The notes under the pieces were generated by a model. It made no database searches. It was given only the letters and a program-made list of their open reading frames with translations, and had not been told where the DNA came from. A stretch of 64,000 nucleotides of DNA, from assembly GCA_030390025.1 (NCBI GenBank), contig CM059438.1, positions 66,590,001 through 66,654,000 of the forward strand. Reading direction: 5' to 3'. This document shows positions 48,972-61,771 of the stretch, in pieces; the stretch's first letter is position 1, and each line of letters starts with the position of its first letter. Position numbers and translations under genes: made by a program. The stretch comes from Squalus acanthias. Lineage: Eukaryota.

Positions 48972-49440
48972 CAAGCTATTAAGTAGAAGAGTTTTTTTTC
49001 TCTCCAGTCACTTCTTTGTGTCTTGAGGCATTATTACAAACTACAAGCTCACAACTCAAGTCACGATCTCAGCCTTTGCTACCTACAATGTAAGTTTGCA
49101 TTTGGAAAGCTGAATGTAGAAAGCCAAGTTATCAGGCTGACATTGCCTATTCAATAAAATATGGAAAATGCATAAAGCTTTCTAAAGAAATACTTAACTA
49201 GTCTCCCAAGTGTAACAATGTGTTCAACTTACTCTTCAAAAATAATAATCTCCTGAGCTGAGTCTAGTTTATAATACAGCACTGAGTCAGGGCCGCCTCC
49301 GGTTCAGGCTGCAATTTAAACGCAGAATGATTCAGTTCCATGACTGGCCTCCAACTTCTATTTATGGTCGCTACCCATCTGTTTTTTTTTAAGTGCACTC
49401 ATGTTTTTTTTGTTAATTTTTACCGTAAACAAGGCAGCAT

Positions 49441-50332
49441 GGGGGAAAGATTCGGTTGGTTTGCGCCTCCCGTTAGCGCCTTAAGAGGGCGCTAATGTGG
49501 TGCAAAGCAACTAGCGCCCTTGCGCGGCGATGTTTGCGCCGCTCACGAAATTGACTAGACATATTGCGGCAGCGCTAAACACTACTGCCACGATCTCCTG
49601 CGCCCCCAGATCGTGACGTCAGTCGAACGTGCAATGCCCTGGCAGCGCCCCCGACCGGATATTGAGTGGCGCCCCCTGTCTTACCGCCTGCCGCTAGCAA
49701 CGACAGGTTGAGGGGAACGTTTTGCAGTCGGGAAGGGACTGGGGGAGCGCTATTTAAAGGCGACCGCTTCCTGCCTTTTTTTGTCTGCAAAATATTTTCA
49801 CCACGCATTCTGGGAGAGAGAGAGAGACTGCAGGAGATATTCAAAGCTGTGTTGAGGAGTTTTGGGTACTGAGCAGCACTTTGCAGGTTCTTTTTTATTT
49901 GATCTTCCTTGCATCGATTTAGAAGAGACTGTGGGGGCTGCACTCTGAGCTCTTTCCCTGGGCCTCTCCATTGTTCTTTCCAGCAGATTTGATGTGCAGG
50001 TCTCTCCAGGCCTAGATTCAAGGCTGCAATGAGCAGGGTGTGGATGGAGAGCAAGATCGACCCTCCCCTTTAAGAACTGGCCGGCGACAGTGTGTCTGTG
50101 TTCCATTGCTGACTGACATCACATGAGCTTCGCCAGCGCTCTGAGGTAGCGCCTCGCTCCTTGACGTTAGCACCTTAAGAGAGGGATGTAGCGCCTGATT
50201 TAGTGCTCGAATCACCTCCAGTGGTGATAGAAGCCAAGTTTGCAGTCGGAGGCGATAATTAACGCCAGGCACTAAACTTTGCGCCCGGCCGATAATCGCG
50301 CCCCAAACGGGGCGATACTGAATTTCTCCCCC
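49441..50332. mobile_element. PIF/Harbinger MITE (family A long subtype, reverse)
   Basis: gggggaaagattc / gaatttctccccc; TSD CAT (49438-49440, 50333-50335). Confidence 0.88.
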
Positions 50333-50571
50333 CATATGTCTTGTATTCAGTGGAATATTCTGTCCGATATTGCATAGACTGTATGATTAAATTTCAAAAC
50401 CAGACCGCTCCTGCACCTTGAACTGAACCTCAGCACCACCTGCATGGAGAGGAACAGCCAGTGCATGGAGCGCTGCACCGGGGAGAATAGTGGGAGTTGC
50501 CGAGTGAACAGCTTTCGATGAAGAGCAACGTGAGTGACTTGTGGGGTTGTTTGAGCCGCTGCAGCGTCACT

Positions 50572-51229
50572 CCAGGGTGCTAACGACTTACCGTCCGGGC
50601 GCGGCACGATGAACGACTCCCGCGAGAGGTTTGCGGCGGCGGTAGCACTTTGCGCCATGATCTCCTGCGCCTGGAGATCGTGACATCATTGTCCTGCGCC
50701 CCAGACCCGAACTTCGGTTCCGCCCCCTGCAGCATCGCCGGGCGACGACACCGGCAGCTGCAGGAGGCGTTGTTCGGGAGGCCGGGCGCTTCGGGGGCGC
50801 AAGTTAAAGGGGATGTAAGTATAAAAATTGTGGCAATGCATTATTTCAATTTTTTCCATTTTCCTTCGGCTGCGATCGATCAGCCCGGCACTTTGCTGGA
50901 GTGCACGGGGCTGAACGGGCCGGATCGCGGCTGCTGTCGGGGACCAGCTAACTGGTCCCAATGCAGAGCCTGCAGCGATGGCCTTTCCCTTTAAGGGAGG
51001 GAAGGAGCCTCGGATCGTGGCCGCGCTGCACGGGACATTGTGCAGCGCTGCACCACTACCGCCCCGCCTGCGTCCTTTAGCACTCCAGGAAGGAAGTGGG
51101 GCGCTTGATTTAGTGCTCCACATCCTTCCTAGAGCGCTAACAGCCAATTTAGGGGAAGCAGAGAATCATTAGTGCCTGGCGCTAATTTTTCAGGATTTCA
51201 AAAATTAGCGCCCCGTGTATTTCTCCCCC
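50572..51229. mobile_element. Family A-related MITE, left end missing
   Basis: CpG-rich, tagcgcc repeats, right terminus atttctcccc. Confidence 0.65.
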
Positions 51230-51430
51230 ATAGTCCGTCTACGAAGCCACAACAGTAAGCATGTTGACTAACACAAGAAGATCTGGGACATGTGACCAGT
51301 GTGGTCTCAGCTGCCAACTGATGGAACTCATCCAATTCCTGTCAGTTAGCATCAGTGCTCAAGCAGCATTAAAATTAATATACTTAGTAGAAAAACTGCC
51401 TCTAAATAATTATCGAAAATTGGATGAAGA

Positions 51431-51877
51431 GAAAGGAAGAACTTATATTGATATAGTGCTTTTCATATTCTCAGGACATCGCAGCCAATGAAGTACTTTT
51501 GAAGTGTAGTCTTTGTTGTTGTGCAGGCAAACATGGCAACCAATTTGCGCACATCAAAATTCCACCAACAGCAATGAGAGAAATGATCAGAAAATCTGTT
51601 TGTAGGTGTTGATTGAGGGATAATTGTTGGCCAGGACACCGGGAGAACTCCCCAGCTCTTCTTCAAAGAGTGCCATGAGATCCTTTACATCCACCTTAAG
51701 CAGGCAAATGGGGCCTCAGTTTTACATCTCATCTGGAAAACGGCACCTCTGACAGTGCAGCACTCCCTTAGTACTGCACTGAAGCGTCAGCCTAGATTAT
51801 GTGGTCTAGGTTGTGGAGTGGGGCTTGAACCCATGACCCTCTGACTCTGATGAGAATGCTCGCACTGAGCCAAGGCT
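51431..51877 (-). mobile_element. Deu-domain tRNA SINE
   Basis: Colinear with 10286-10752. Confidence 0.85.
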
Positions 51878-52791
51878 GAAAGCGAACAATAAACGCATTA
51901 TACAATACAGAACTAAGATCAACAAATAGATAGAGAATCTCCAGCAAAATAAATAGGAAAAATATAAACTGAGAAAGATTCCAAATAAATGCCTCGTGTT
52001 ACAAGTGGAAAACAAGACAATGCCTCCAATATACATATATATCTATAATCTAATGCAAAAACTGGATGCAAAAACTAAAAATAAGCTAGACGCACAGCAT
52101 CTGAAGCAAGGGTTGTAAGGAGGCAGGGATAGACTGGGGTGGTTAAAGGGGCGGGGATGGGACAGGCAAACTGCACTAGAATAAATGGCCCCCTGGACCC
52201 ATTGAATGCTTGGGTCATACAACAGCTCATTTAATTTCCTTTCATACAATTTTTATAAAGTTCCCTCTCCAAGACAGATGACCCCATCCCTGTTTTGGGG
52301 TTGGCAAATTCATTGCAGAATTTTCATAAAGTATCCAGGTCAGTCAAGATGTCATCGTTTAATTTTGATGGAAAATGAAACAAAACACTTTTTCTAGGGG
52401 CTAAGTTTAATATGGTGGTTCTAGCATAGCTGGAGGCAGTGCCTGTGCTAATTAACGATTGTGCGCTGTAAATGTTCTCAAAATGGAAATAGTTGCAGTA
52501 ATTAGAATGTGATGTGATGTGATCTTCATGAAATATGAAAGTGTTCCATGGAAAGAGCATCACCATTTGTGTTTAAATTAGAATAACCCATGAATAAGTA
52601 ATGACCACTTAAGTTGGGTTACAACTTGGCTCTGTGTGAATTTAGGGGGGGAAACGGACTTCTGTCAACACTGAACCATTGCTGAGTGTGTACATGCCTG
52701 AGAGACAGGTACCAATTCATGTGACTTTGACAAGAGTGCACACATGGGCTTTAGGTTTTTCTGCTTTGGAACTGACAGTCAACTTAGACAC

Positions 52792-53634
52792 GGGCGCGAT
52801 CTTGCCAGCCCTGGGGAGGCGGGTATGGAGGCAAGACTTCCGGGGAAATGGCAGAATCTGGGGGCGGGTACCCATTCCGCCCCAACCCGCCTTCGTGCCA
52901 TCTTCCCAGGAGGCGGGTAGCCGACCCGCTCCGGGTCCCGTTTCCTGGAGGCAGGAAGGGGATTACAGCCACTTAACTGCCTGTTAACAGGTAGTTAACA
53001 GGCAGATAAGAGGATTATCCCCATTTTACCCACACAAGTGCGTGCTTCCCAAAGGCTGCGAACCCCGCCAGGGTCACCGAGGTGAGCAGTAGGTCTGCGG
53101 GGGTCGGAGGGGTGCAGAAGTGCGCTGTGAAGGTAAGTGATGGGTGCAAGTTTGGAGAGGTAATATGTGAGGTAAGTGGAAAGTGTTAGAAAAAGTTTAC
53201 TTACCTTTGTTTCTTCCTGCAGACTTCAAGAGTTGGGGATGCGGAGAGTCTCGCATCTCCGCGGCAGAGATGACAGATGGCTGCTGCATTCTCCAATGCA
53301 ACAACCATCTAATTTCTGCTAAAGAAAGAGGTTTGATGAGTCTTGAATTCAAGAACTCATCAAACTACAGAGAATGTCAGTGTTTGACAGCTTCACAGAG
53401 CTGTCAAACGATGACAATACATCCGTCAAAAATTTTTGACAGATGAAACGTCATACGCTGATGTTCTCTGTAACTGGCTTCCCCTTAATTGGCCTGCTAA
53501 GCCTGCTAGGCGGGCTTAACAAGGTCAATTAAGGGAAAATAGCATGGGTTGGCCAGAAGTTGATGGAGGCAGGACTAAAACCCGACAAGTGGGTGTCCCG
53601 CCTCCAAAAGCTCCCCATTGGCAAAATCCAGCCC
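52792..53634. mobile_element. Harbinger-like non-autonomous element
   Basis: TIR gggcgcgatcttgcca / tggcaaaatccagccc. Confidence 0.7.
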
Positions 53635-53654
53635 ACAGGTCCCAACTATCCCTG

Positions 53655-53792
53655 AACATACGAACATAGGAGATAGGAGCAGGAGTAGGCCACACGGCCC
53701 CTCGAGCCTGCTCCGCCATTCAATAAGATCATGGCTGATCTTCTACTTCAACTCCACTTTCACGCCCTATCCCCATATCCCTTGATTCCCAA
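53655..53792 (-). mobile_element. CR1/HER1-type 3' tail
   Basis: aggagcaggagtaggccacacggcccctcgagcctgctccgccattc. Confidence 0.8.
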
Positions 53793-54174
53793 TTGAGTCC
53801 GATTTCTTCTGATTTACGCTCCTGTGAATGTTGGGATGTTTTACTACGTTAAAGGCGCTATATCAATGCAAGTTGTTGTATTAGAAGAGAATAGCGATTT
53901 CATTCCTATTCTGCATAGTGGTACCAATTGTGGCATGGTTCTTTCAAAATGCTGTGAGGTTTCTAGGATTATTCCTATATTTCCATGATAGTCCTGTATC
54001 CCAGACCCTATAATGTGCTGTGATTGATTATTCTTTTTTATGTAAAGCAGTAGAAAGGAAAACATAACATTTTAGGAAAAGCAAATAGTTATTGACTCTT
54101 TTTAGTTCAATGCAATCTAACCTTTCTATTTTCTCCCTCTCTCTGTACGAGTCTCTCTCCTCTTTCTCCAGGGA

Positions 54175-54472
54175 CAGAAGTTAAACCAAGGCCCCATCTG
54201 CCTGTTCAGGAGATCCCATGACACTATTTGAAGATGATCCGGGAGTTCTCCCAGTGTCCTGCCCAACATTTATCCCTCAACTAACGTCACCAAAACAAAT
54301 TAATTGGCCATTCATCTCATTAGCTGCTTGTGGAACATTGCTGTCTGTAAATTGGCTGACACGTTTCCCGCATAACAGTGACTACACTTTAAAAGTAGTT
54401 CTTCGGCTGTGAAGCACTTTGGCATGTCCGGAGGACATGAAAGGTGTTATATAAATCCAAGTGTGTTCTTTC
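54175..54472 (+). mobile_element. Deu-domain SINE, 5'-truncated
   Basis: ttaaaccaaggcccc..ttgctgtctgtaaattggctg..atataaatccaag. Confidence 0.75.
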
Positions 54473-56309
54473 TGTACCGTTTTTTCTTTTCTTTTACTTT
54501 TTTAACTCGAGATATTTCTGTGTGTCAGACTACTTTCATAGTCAAGCCCCAGCTCCTTGTGTCCCAGAGAGGGGTTTCACGTATTTGATATATCTAGGTT
54601 AAAACTTGTAACATGTTTTTCCCTCGGGTACAAACTACTTTGCAAGCCTGTTTTCTAACGTATTGTGAGAGGATTAAAGATGCCAATATTGCGCTGAATC
54701 AAACAAACGTGCTTCTTTGTTGTCACAAGGCTTCCTACAACCTGGAAACTTTTAAAATCCAAGTTTGGCATAGCCTAACCACGAATACTTGATTAATCTC
54801 ATTTTTCTCCTACTCGTGGCAACCTTTGTCGTGTCCTACATCATGAGCCTCGATGCTTCACAGCGATTTCTCAATCTAAGAAAAAACGGTAGAAGATAAA
54901 AGCTAATATTTCTTCTGACAGCAGAGTTGATGAACCCACTGAGTGACAACAATACAAGCTTGCTGCAACACTGTGGGGGGTGGTGCTAGAGATCCTGTCA
55001 GACAATTTGTTATGATTTCAAAAACATGCTAATTATGTTATCTTCAAATAAACCCAACAGCTTTGAATAAAAGATGAACCATCAATCCTTGCTTGTTGTG
55101 TTCATCAAAGAGATATAATGTGTGCTAATAGCTTGCGATTAATTCTTGTTTCAGTCGTTGTTTGGAAACTTTTGAACAGGAACAAAATGTGCGAATCTTT
55201 AACAAATATAACTGGGTAACAAATTTGAAGGGAACATGGGCTGCCAACAACATCTCTATTAAATGATACAGCATACTGAAGAGGAACTTAATCTTATTTA
55301 AACAAGGTCTTTCAGGACTTTTAGATTAATTTGTTTTGGCGATGTTGTGATTCAGATTCCGAGGACTGACAACTGGGAGCCAGCTCCAAGTATTCATACA
55401 ACTAAATCAGCCTCCAATATCCTACGGGCAGCTTTGTAGATACAGTTTTTGGTGGATCTGCGAGTCTTGTGGTGGTAAAGGACCAGGATTTGGCAGAGTA
55501 CATATCGGGAGCTGGCTCAGGGAGTTTGTGATCTGAATTAAAACCAGCGCTAGTACAAACAGCAGCTATACTCGCCTAGACTGATCTGCGAAATGCTCTG
55601 CCATGTGTTGCTGGTTAGTTTCCCCCCATGTGGTAAATTCAGTGCCCAATGTTGGAACAGGCTCTACGGACAAGGGGAGCCCGAGTATTGCTGTCTGTGC
55701 ATTTAGCTAATCTCAGTGGTAGTTGAGACGTTAAAATTGGCCTCTGCACCGCTGACCTTGAGAAGGGAAAGTAACAGCCAGGCTTTCTTCTCCCGATTAT
55801 CATTCAAGGACTCCAGGGAAAGTGTGCGAGTATCAGTGTCTGGTGAGGGTGGGATAAGACTGGACTGTGGTACGCCCCACCCATTGTTGAATACCCTGGT
55901 AGCGGTCCAGGCCACAGTCCAGGCTCAAACCTGAAGAAAAGTCACTTGGCAAACCTAACAAACAATGTCCCAGCAACTGGCACCTGAGGACCATATGCCA
56001 GCATGAGCTTGTGTCTTCAGCAGAAAACATTGCATTGCTGTGCACTGGAGTTATGCAGATTACAGTTCTACAGAGTCTCATGGAATCTTTCCTCTTTCAA
56101 TACCTGCAAGGACAATCTGATTCAGTAGTTCTGTGTAGATTATACCCCTTGGAGAACACCTCACTCACTCTGCACAATATTCTCCATCCATTTATTTGAT
56201 ATAACGTGTTCTATTTGGCACCATTTTGTGTCTGGAGAATTGGCTATAATTGAGTCACCCCCTCGTGGAGCAAAATTACAAGGTCTTGGATGACTCAGGC
56301 CATTAAGGC

Positions 56310-56700
56310 AGTGAGTAATGGCAGCATGCAGACCAAGAAGATCCAAAGTTCCATCCCCAGTCTCTGCCTCAGTGAACTGATCTCAGCAGTCAGGCTCCAC
56401 AACTGGCCTTAGCACCCCTGGCCCTGCAATTGGCCTCAGCACCCCTGGCCCTGCAATTGGCCTCAGCACCCCTGGCCCTGCAATTGGCCTCAGCACCCTT
56501 GGCCCTGCAATTGGTCTCAGCACCCCTGGCCTTACAACTGGCCTTGGCACCCCTGGCCTTACAACTGGCCTTAGCCCTGGATCAGGGAAGGGAGAATCAG
56601 CCATGTTTATTGTTTCTGACTGCAATCAAATGACCCTTGCTGGAAGTGCAGGTCCATCAATGTCGAGTGAGGATAGGATTGGGTTTGGTTTGAAATTCCC
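56310..56700 (+). mobile_element. Family B SINE-like repeat with internal tandem expansion
   Basis: gaccaagaagatccaaagttccatccccagtctctgcctcagtgaactgatctcagc..agggaagggagaatcagcca. Confidence 0.55.
56400..56580 (+). repeat. Minisatellite, about 6.7 x 27 bp (caattggcctcagcacccctggccctg)
   Basis: Direct reading of the tandem units. Confidence 0.95.
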
Positions 56701-57029
56701 TCCAACTGCCCACAGTCAGATAACCTGCCAATATTCTTGATCTGGTTCACGCGTGAGTAGCCATTAACATTTTCAGGAAGGAGAGATCTGGCAAAATAAT
56801 GTTCCAATTTTGGACACATTTATACAGCTCTTCCATTTTTTTCCAAAACTGCATCTATGAGGGCCTATGGTAACCTGAATATTGCTGATAAATCTCTGAT
56901 TTATTTTTCCTATTACCTGTGAGTGTGACTTTAACAGAAGGTTGATATATGCATTTAATAAGACAATTAATCTTCAGTCAGGCCAGTGTATAGTGTAGAT
57001 AAGCCCAGTGTTTGGAATGTTAGGTGCAA

Positions 57030-57410
57030 GAACATAAGAATGTATAGTAACAGAGAACGACAAAGGCCAACAAGCCTATTGCTTTTTAATTGCTCTCAGT
57101 CTCATCCACCTGCATTCTCACCACATTCCCTCCTTTGCAGAAGTAAATCCAATTTCCTCTTGAATTCAGTCACGCTGCCTGCTTCAAGAGCCTTCCCTGA
57201 TAACTTGTTCCACAAGTCTATTACCCTTTGCATGAAGAAGTTCAGCCTGCCTTCCCTCCTTATTCCTAGCCTTCTAATTCTAGCCAGTATTTCGGGCCTT
57301 TGCCATAGCGAACAATTTGTCTTGGTCAACTTAATCAATTTCCTTCATAATCAAATAGGTTGTCTCAAAGTCTCCTCTTTTCCCAAGAAAGCAAGCATAA
57401 TTTTCTCAAT
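57030..57410 (-). mobile_element. Old CR1 3' fragment
   Basis: NFFMQRVIDLWNKL..EFKRKLD. Confidence 0.75.
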
Positions 57411-58217
57411 AACAACAGAAAACGCTGGAAAAACTCAGCAGGCCAGGCAGCATCCATGGAGAGAGAAAGAGAGTTAACGTTTCAGGTCGATGACCTTTCG
57501 TCAGAACTGTGAAGAGCCGGAAATCAAATAGATTTAAGGCCACAGTAAAGCTGGGAAAAGGGGGAGGGGATAAAAGAACAAAGGGGGCGATGAAGAGACA
57601 TTAAGAGACATTAAGAGATATGCAAGGCTAGAGGTGGTGTTAATGTGACAGATTAAGGCTGAAAGAAGTGTGAAATCCATTGGCAGAATGAAGGACAGCT
57701 GCCAGCTTCTGGGAGGAAAAAAAAGGTGGGGGGGGGGGCAAATAAAAGGATGGAAAAAATAAAATATAAATGTGATTGGAGCTGAGGTTATGATCTAAAA
57801 TTGTTGAACTCGATATTGAGTCCAGAGGGCTGTAGCGTGCCTAAACGAAAGATGAGGTGCTGTTCCTCGAGCTTACGCTGCGCTTCCGTGGAACAGTGTA
57901 ATAGGCCGAGGACGGTGAGGTCAGAGTGGGAGTGAAGCGGTGAATTAAAGTGACAGGCCACCGGGAGCTCGGGATCCCCCTTACGGACTGAACGGAGGTG
58001 TTCCGCAAAGCGGTCACCCAATCTGCGTTTGGTCTCCCCAATGTAGAGGAGACCACATCGTGAGCAGCGAATACAGTATACTAAATTGCAGGAAGTACAA
58101 GTAAATCGCTGTTTCACCTGGAAGGGGTGTTTGGGGCCCTGGACAGTGGGAAGAGGGGAGGTATAAGGGCATGTGTTGCATCTCCTGCGCATTCCAGCAT
58201 CCGCAGTATTTTGCTAT
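57411..58217 (-). mobile_element. Penelope-like element (GIY-YIG domain, pLTR, short inverted 5' tag)
   Basis: Open ORF 57788-58192 NLVYCIRCSRCGLLYIGETKRRLGDRFAEH..PSGLN; exact 15-bp TSD cataattttctcaat (57396-57410, 58218-58232). Confidence 0.93.
57472..57508 (-). ncRNA. Minimal hammerhead ribozyme motif (second sequence type, intact)
   Basis: AGUU-CUGACGA-A-AGGUC.AUC.GACCU-GAAA-CGUU-AACU; palindromic ACGU; predicted GUU cleavage site. Confidence 0.8.
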
Positions 58218-58699
58218 CATAATTTTCTCAATGTCTCTTTATGAATTCACCAGACAAGCTGAACAAACAGAATTGCACCTAACTTGGGTCACTTCTCATG
58301 GCAGCCATTGCAGTTCACACAGGTCAAGTCATTGACATCAGGAAATAGAAATTCAGCAATTGGGGTTATAAGAATAATGCTGAGTATCATCTGTGTGGAA
58401 ATACTGGACAAGAGCCTTAGGAAATGCAAGCTATCAACTCGGTTTGACTTTCAAAGGACCTGGACATCTCAGTTAGGCTGCTTCTGAACCTTTTGATGTT
58501 CTTCAGATTTCCCAGCAATAGGAGTTCACAAAGAAAGTGCAAATATTGATTCAGCTTATTAAAGCTGCAATCCAAAATCTCTAAAATTGCCTCAGTCAGT
58601 TATCAGAGTGAGGTCTCTCTGACACTCCCCAGTCTTGCTTTTCGCACAACATGTTTCACATTGTCAGGTCATCTCTGAGTTTCTGTGGAGTTGCTAATA

Positions 58700-59222
58700 C
58701 CTGGATATAGAGGCACTGGCGAATGTGAAAACAAGATTTACAAGAATCATGCCAGAACTGAGAGGTTCTAATTATCAGGAAAGACTGAACCAGGTGGGGC
58801 TCTTTTCTCTAGAAAAGAGAAGGCTGAGGAGTGAGGTAATACAGGTCTTTAAAATTCTGAAAGGGCTTGCTAGTTTAGATGTAGAGAAGATGTTTCCACT
58901 TGTGGGGAAGGCCAAAACAAGGGGTCATAAATATAAGACAGTCACTAATAAATCCAATAGGGAATTCAGGAGAATTTTTTTTACCCAGAGAGTGGTTAGA
59001 ATGTGGAACTTGCTGCCACAGGGAATAGCTGAGACGAATAGCATAGATATATTTAAGGGGAAGCTAGATAAGTACATGAGGGAGAAAGGAATAGAAGGAT
59101 TGCTGATAGGTTCAGATGGAATAGGGTGGGAGGAAGCTCGTGTGGAGCATAAACACCGGCACAGGCCAGTTAGGCTGAATGGTCTGTTTCTGTGCTGTAA
59201 ATTCTACATAATTCTATGTTCT
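58700..59222 (+). mobile_element. CR1 LINE 3' end
   Basis: RFTRIMPELRG..LFSLEKRRLR..TRGHKYK..FFTQRVVRMWN. Confidence 0.9.
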
Positions 59223-59696
59223 TTAGCAGCATGATTGAGACAGAAATTGAGCACAGTCAGATTTTATTGTGGTAACATCCAAGAGGTCATAGAACTATGG
59301 GGCAGGCATTGCTCAATCCCTGCAGCCTCCTGTTTTCTCTTCATATCTTGGGACGCTGTATTTTATTTCTGCAGAATGAAAGGCTCCGTGAACCTTGGTG
59401 AGATTCAAACCCGAGACCTTAAGACCCTCGGTCTGGCACTGAACTGAATGTAGTTCCATCTGCGATTGATGATGGTAGAACAAGCCAAGATCTTGTTCTG
59501 GAGTGCATTCTGTTGAAGCTGTTGGTGTAAATCTTGAAATAATTTGAGCCCATATGACCCACATGAGGTACTGAGAGGGATTTGTGATTGGACCACAACC
59601 TAACAAATTGTTTTTTTGTATCTGCAGAGGAAACTGGATATAGATTGTTGTCAAATGCCAGTTTTGATGTCAGTGGTGGAGATGAGAAAAGCTAGA

Positions 59697-59964
59697 TGGC
59701 TCTGATTTTAACTCCAGGTGGATTTCCTGCTCAGGCCTAAGTTAATATTACAGTCGGGTCTCAATGATGTCATTGGGCTGCAACATGCCTATATGAAGAA
59801 GGACCCTGTTGACTCCGGGCGTGTGTCCTTGCTCCTGCTCAGGAGAACAGGTTAAAATTGCAGATTTTGGGATCATGGCGGCTTTTGGACAGGTAAGAGC
59901 CATGGCGAGTTTAACTGCCCACCAACCAGGTTTCTGCTGAGTGGGTAGGGTTAAAATTGCCCCT
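59697..59964. mobile_element. Small Harbinger-like MITE
   Basis: Termini ggctctgattttaac / gttaaaattgcccc. Confidence 0.55.
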
Positions 59965-60233
59965 GTTATGTCTGTGCTGGTCCCTTGACTTTTTTTTGTA
60001 ACTCCTGATTTCTCAGTCTTTCCATTATAGCAAATCGGTGGATCTCATGTATGTACTACTTAATCTTAAAGTCAAGTATTAGAAACTCCCAGGAATTTCA
60101 CCGCCTGAACTCTGAAGCTTCATTTGGAATTAATTTTTCATAACATGAATTAAAGTGGTCAAACCTAAAGTCAATTATGCACAACTATAATGTTTCAAGT
60201 TTGTATTTCACAGTGACTGCCTTTCCACACACT

Positions 60234-60876
60234 GGGCTGGATTTTCATTGACCCGTGGAGGTGGGTTTGGAGGCGTGTGGGGGGATAAAATTGCGAAAAC
60301 TGGTGGGCGGGCACAAGTCCACCTCCATCCCGCCTCCACGCAATTTTCATGAAATCGTGTCTGCTGGTCCCGACTCCGTCCCGCCTCTAAGAGGCAGGAT
60401 GGGTTGTTAAGGCCCTTAACAAGCACTAAATTGGCTCTATAATGCCATTTTGAAAGGCCTTTGTGATTTTAACCCTTGTTCTATGTGAAGCACGCCTGTT
60501 CTGAAACACGATTGTGAAACCTGGCGGGAGCACATTTGGCTGCTTGGATATCTCTCTCTCTCTCTCTCTCTCTCTCGTGGTGTAAAAATATCTGGGAGCA
60601 GACTTAGGGCTGCTGCTGCTCATTTTGCCTCCAGGTCCTCTCACAGCAAAGGCCAGGCAGTCTTTGCAGACCTTCGATGCAGCAGCAATGATGACATCAT
60701 CAGAGGCGACTTTCAGACTGAAAACACTAATTGGTTCATGGGTTCCCACATGCTGGAACGCAATTGCCCAATTAGGTGAAAATTGCATCAATCTCCCACA
60801 TCCAATTGCAGTCGGGTGGATAACACGAAAAGTGGATGACACGACCCCAACCCGCCCCAGTATCAAAATCCAGCCC
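60234..60876. mobile_element. Family B MITE with (CT)n core
   Basis: TIR gggctggatttt / aaaatccagccc; flanks act/agt; homolog of 19516-20244. Confidence 0.88.
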
Positions 60877-61771
60877 AGTAAGTCTGCCTCTGTTGAGTTG
60901 ATTGAAGCTTAGACTTTAAAGTTACCATTTTTCTCAAGTGGGTGATGGATACTATTGAATTTTATGTGGGGTGCTGCTCTGAAGATTGAATAGCAGGATA
61001 GCATTCAGTGAGGGAGATAAATATTTCGGTCAAGTTTTCTCCCACACTACCCATCAATGTAACTCATCCTGTGGGTATCCACACAGATTAGAATTCGAGA
61101 GAAAATAAATTACCAAATGGTGAAAAAATCAATTGTGCTAAGTATGTTTCCAATGTTTAAACAGTTTGTGGCATCACTTGAGGTGTACATAACTTGCAGT
61201 GCCATTTTAGACTTCTCAAATGAGGCAGCCATTTTGAATCCAATGGGAAACCAGAACCCAAAACACATTACGAAATAAATTAGTTTTATTCTTTCACCTC
61301 CAAAGAGAAAATGCAGATAATACCAGCTAGCGTAAATTGCTTGAATTGCTTTAGTGGTCTTAGATTGGCTTCCAGGATAGAAGAAGCAGGTAGATCCAGG
61401 TTCCAACCAGGAACATTATTTTCTGTCTGTCCCAGAGTGTACATCAGTAAAACCGTGCTGTTCCAGTTCCAACAGTTGATGTGACAAGTCTCCAGCCGTC
61501 TGTTGACAACAGAACAATTTGTACCACTTTTTCTCCGAGTCACATTTAAAAACAATTATATGGGGAGCATTTCCCCCCCCCCCCCCGACCCCCAGCTAAG
61601 TAGGAACATAATCCTGTACATAAGAAGCAGCTGGTATCTCCCTGACTGATTAGGTTATTTTGAGAATCCTCTTGGAATGAACTCACCTTTGTATGCAATA
61701 AAGTAAGAAATGTTTGGGAATTGAAAGATCTCCGTTTTCAATCTCTCTTCCTATCTTTCTTATTATTGAGC

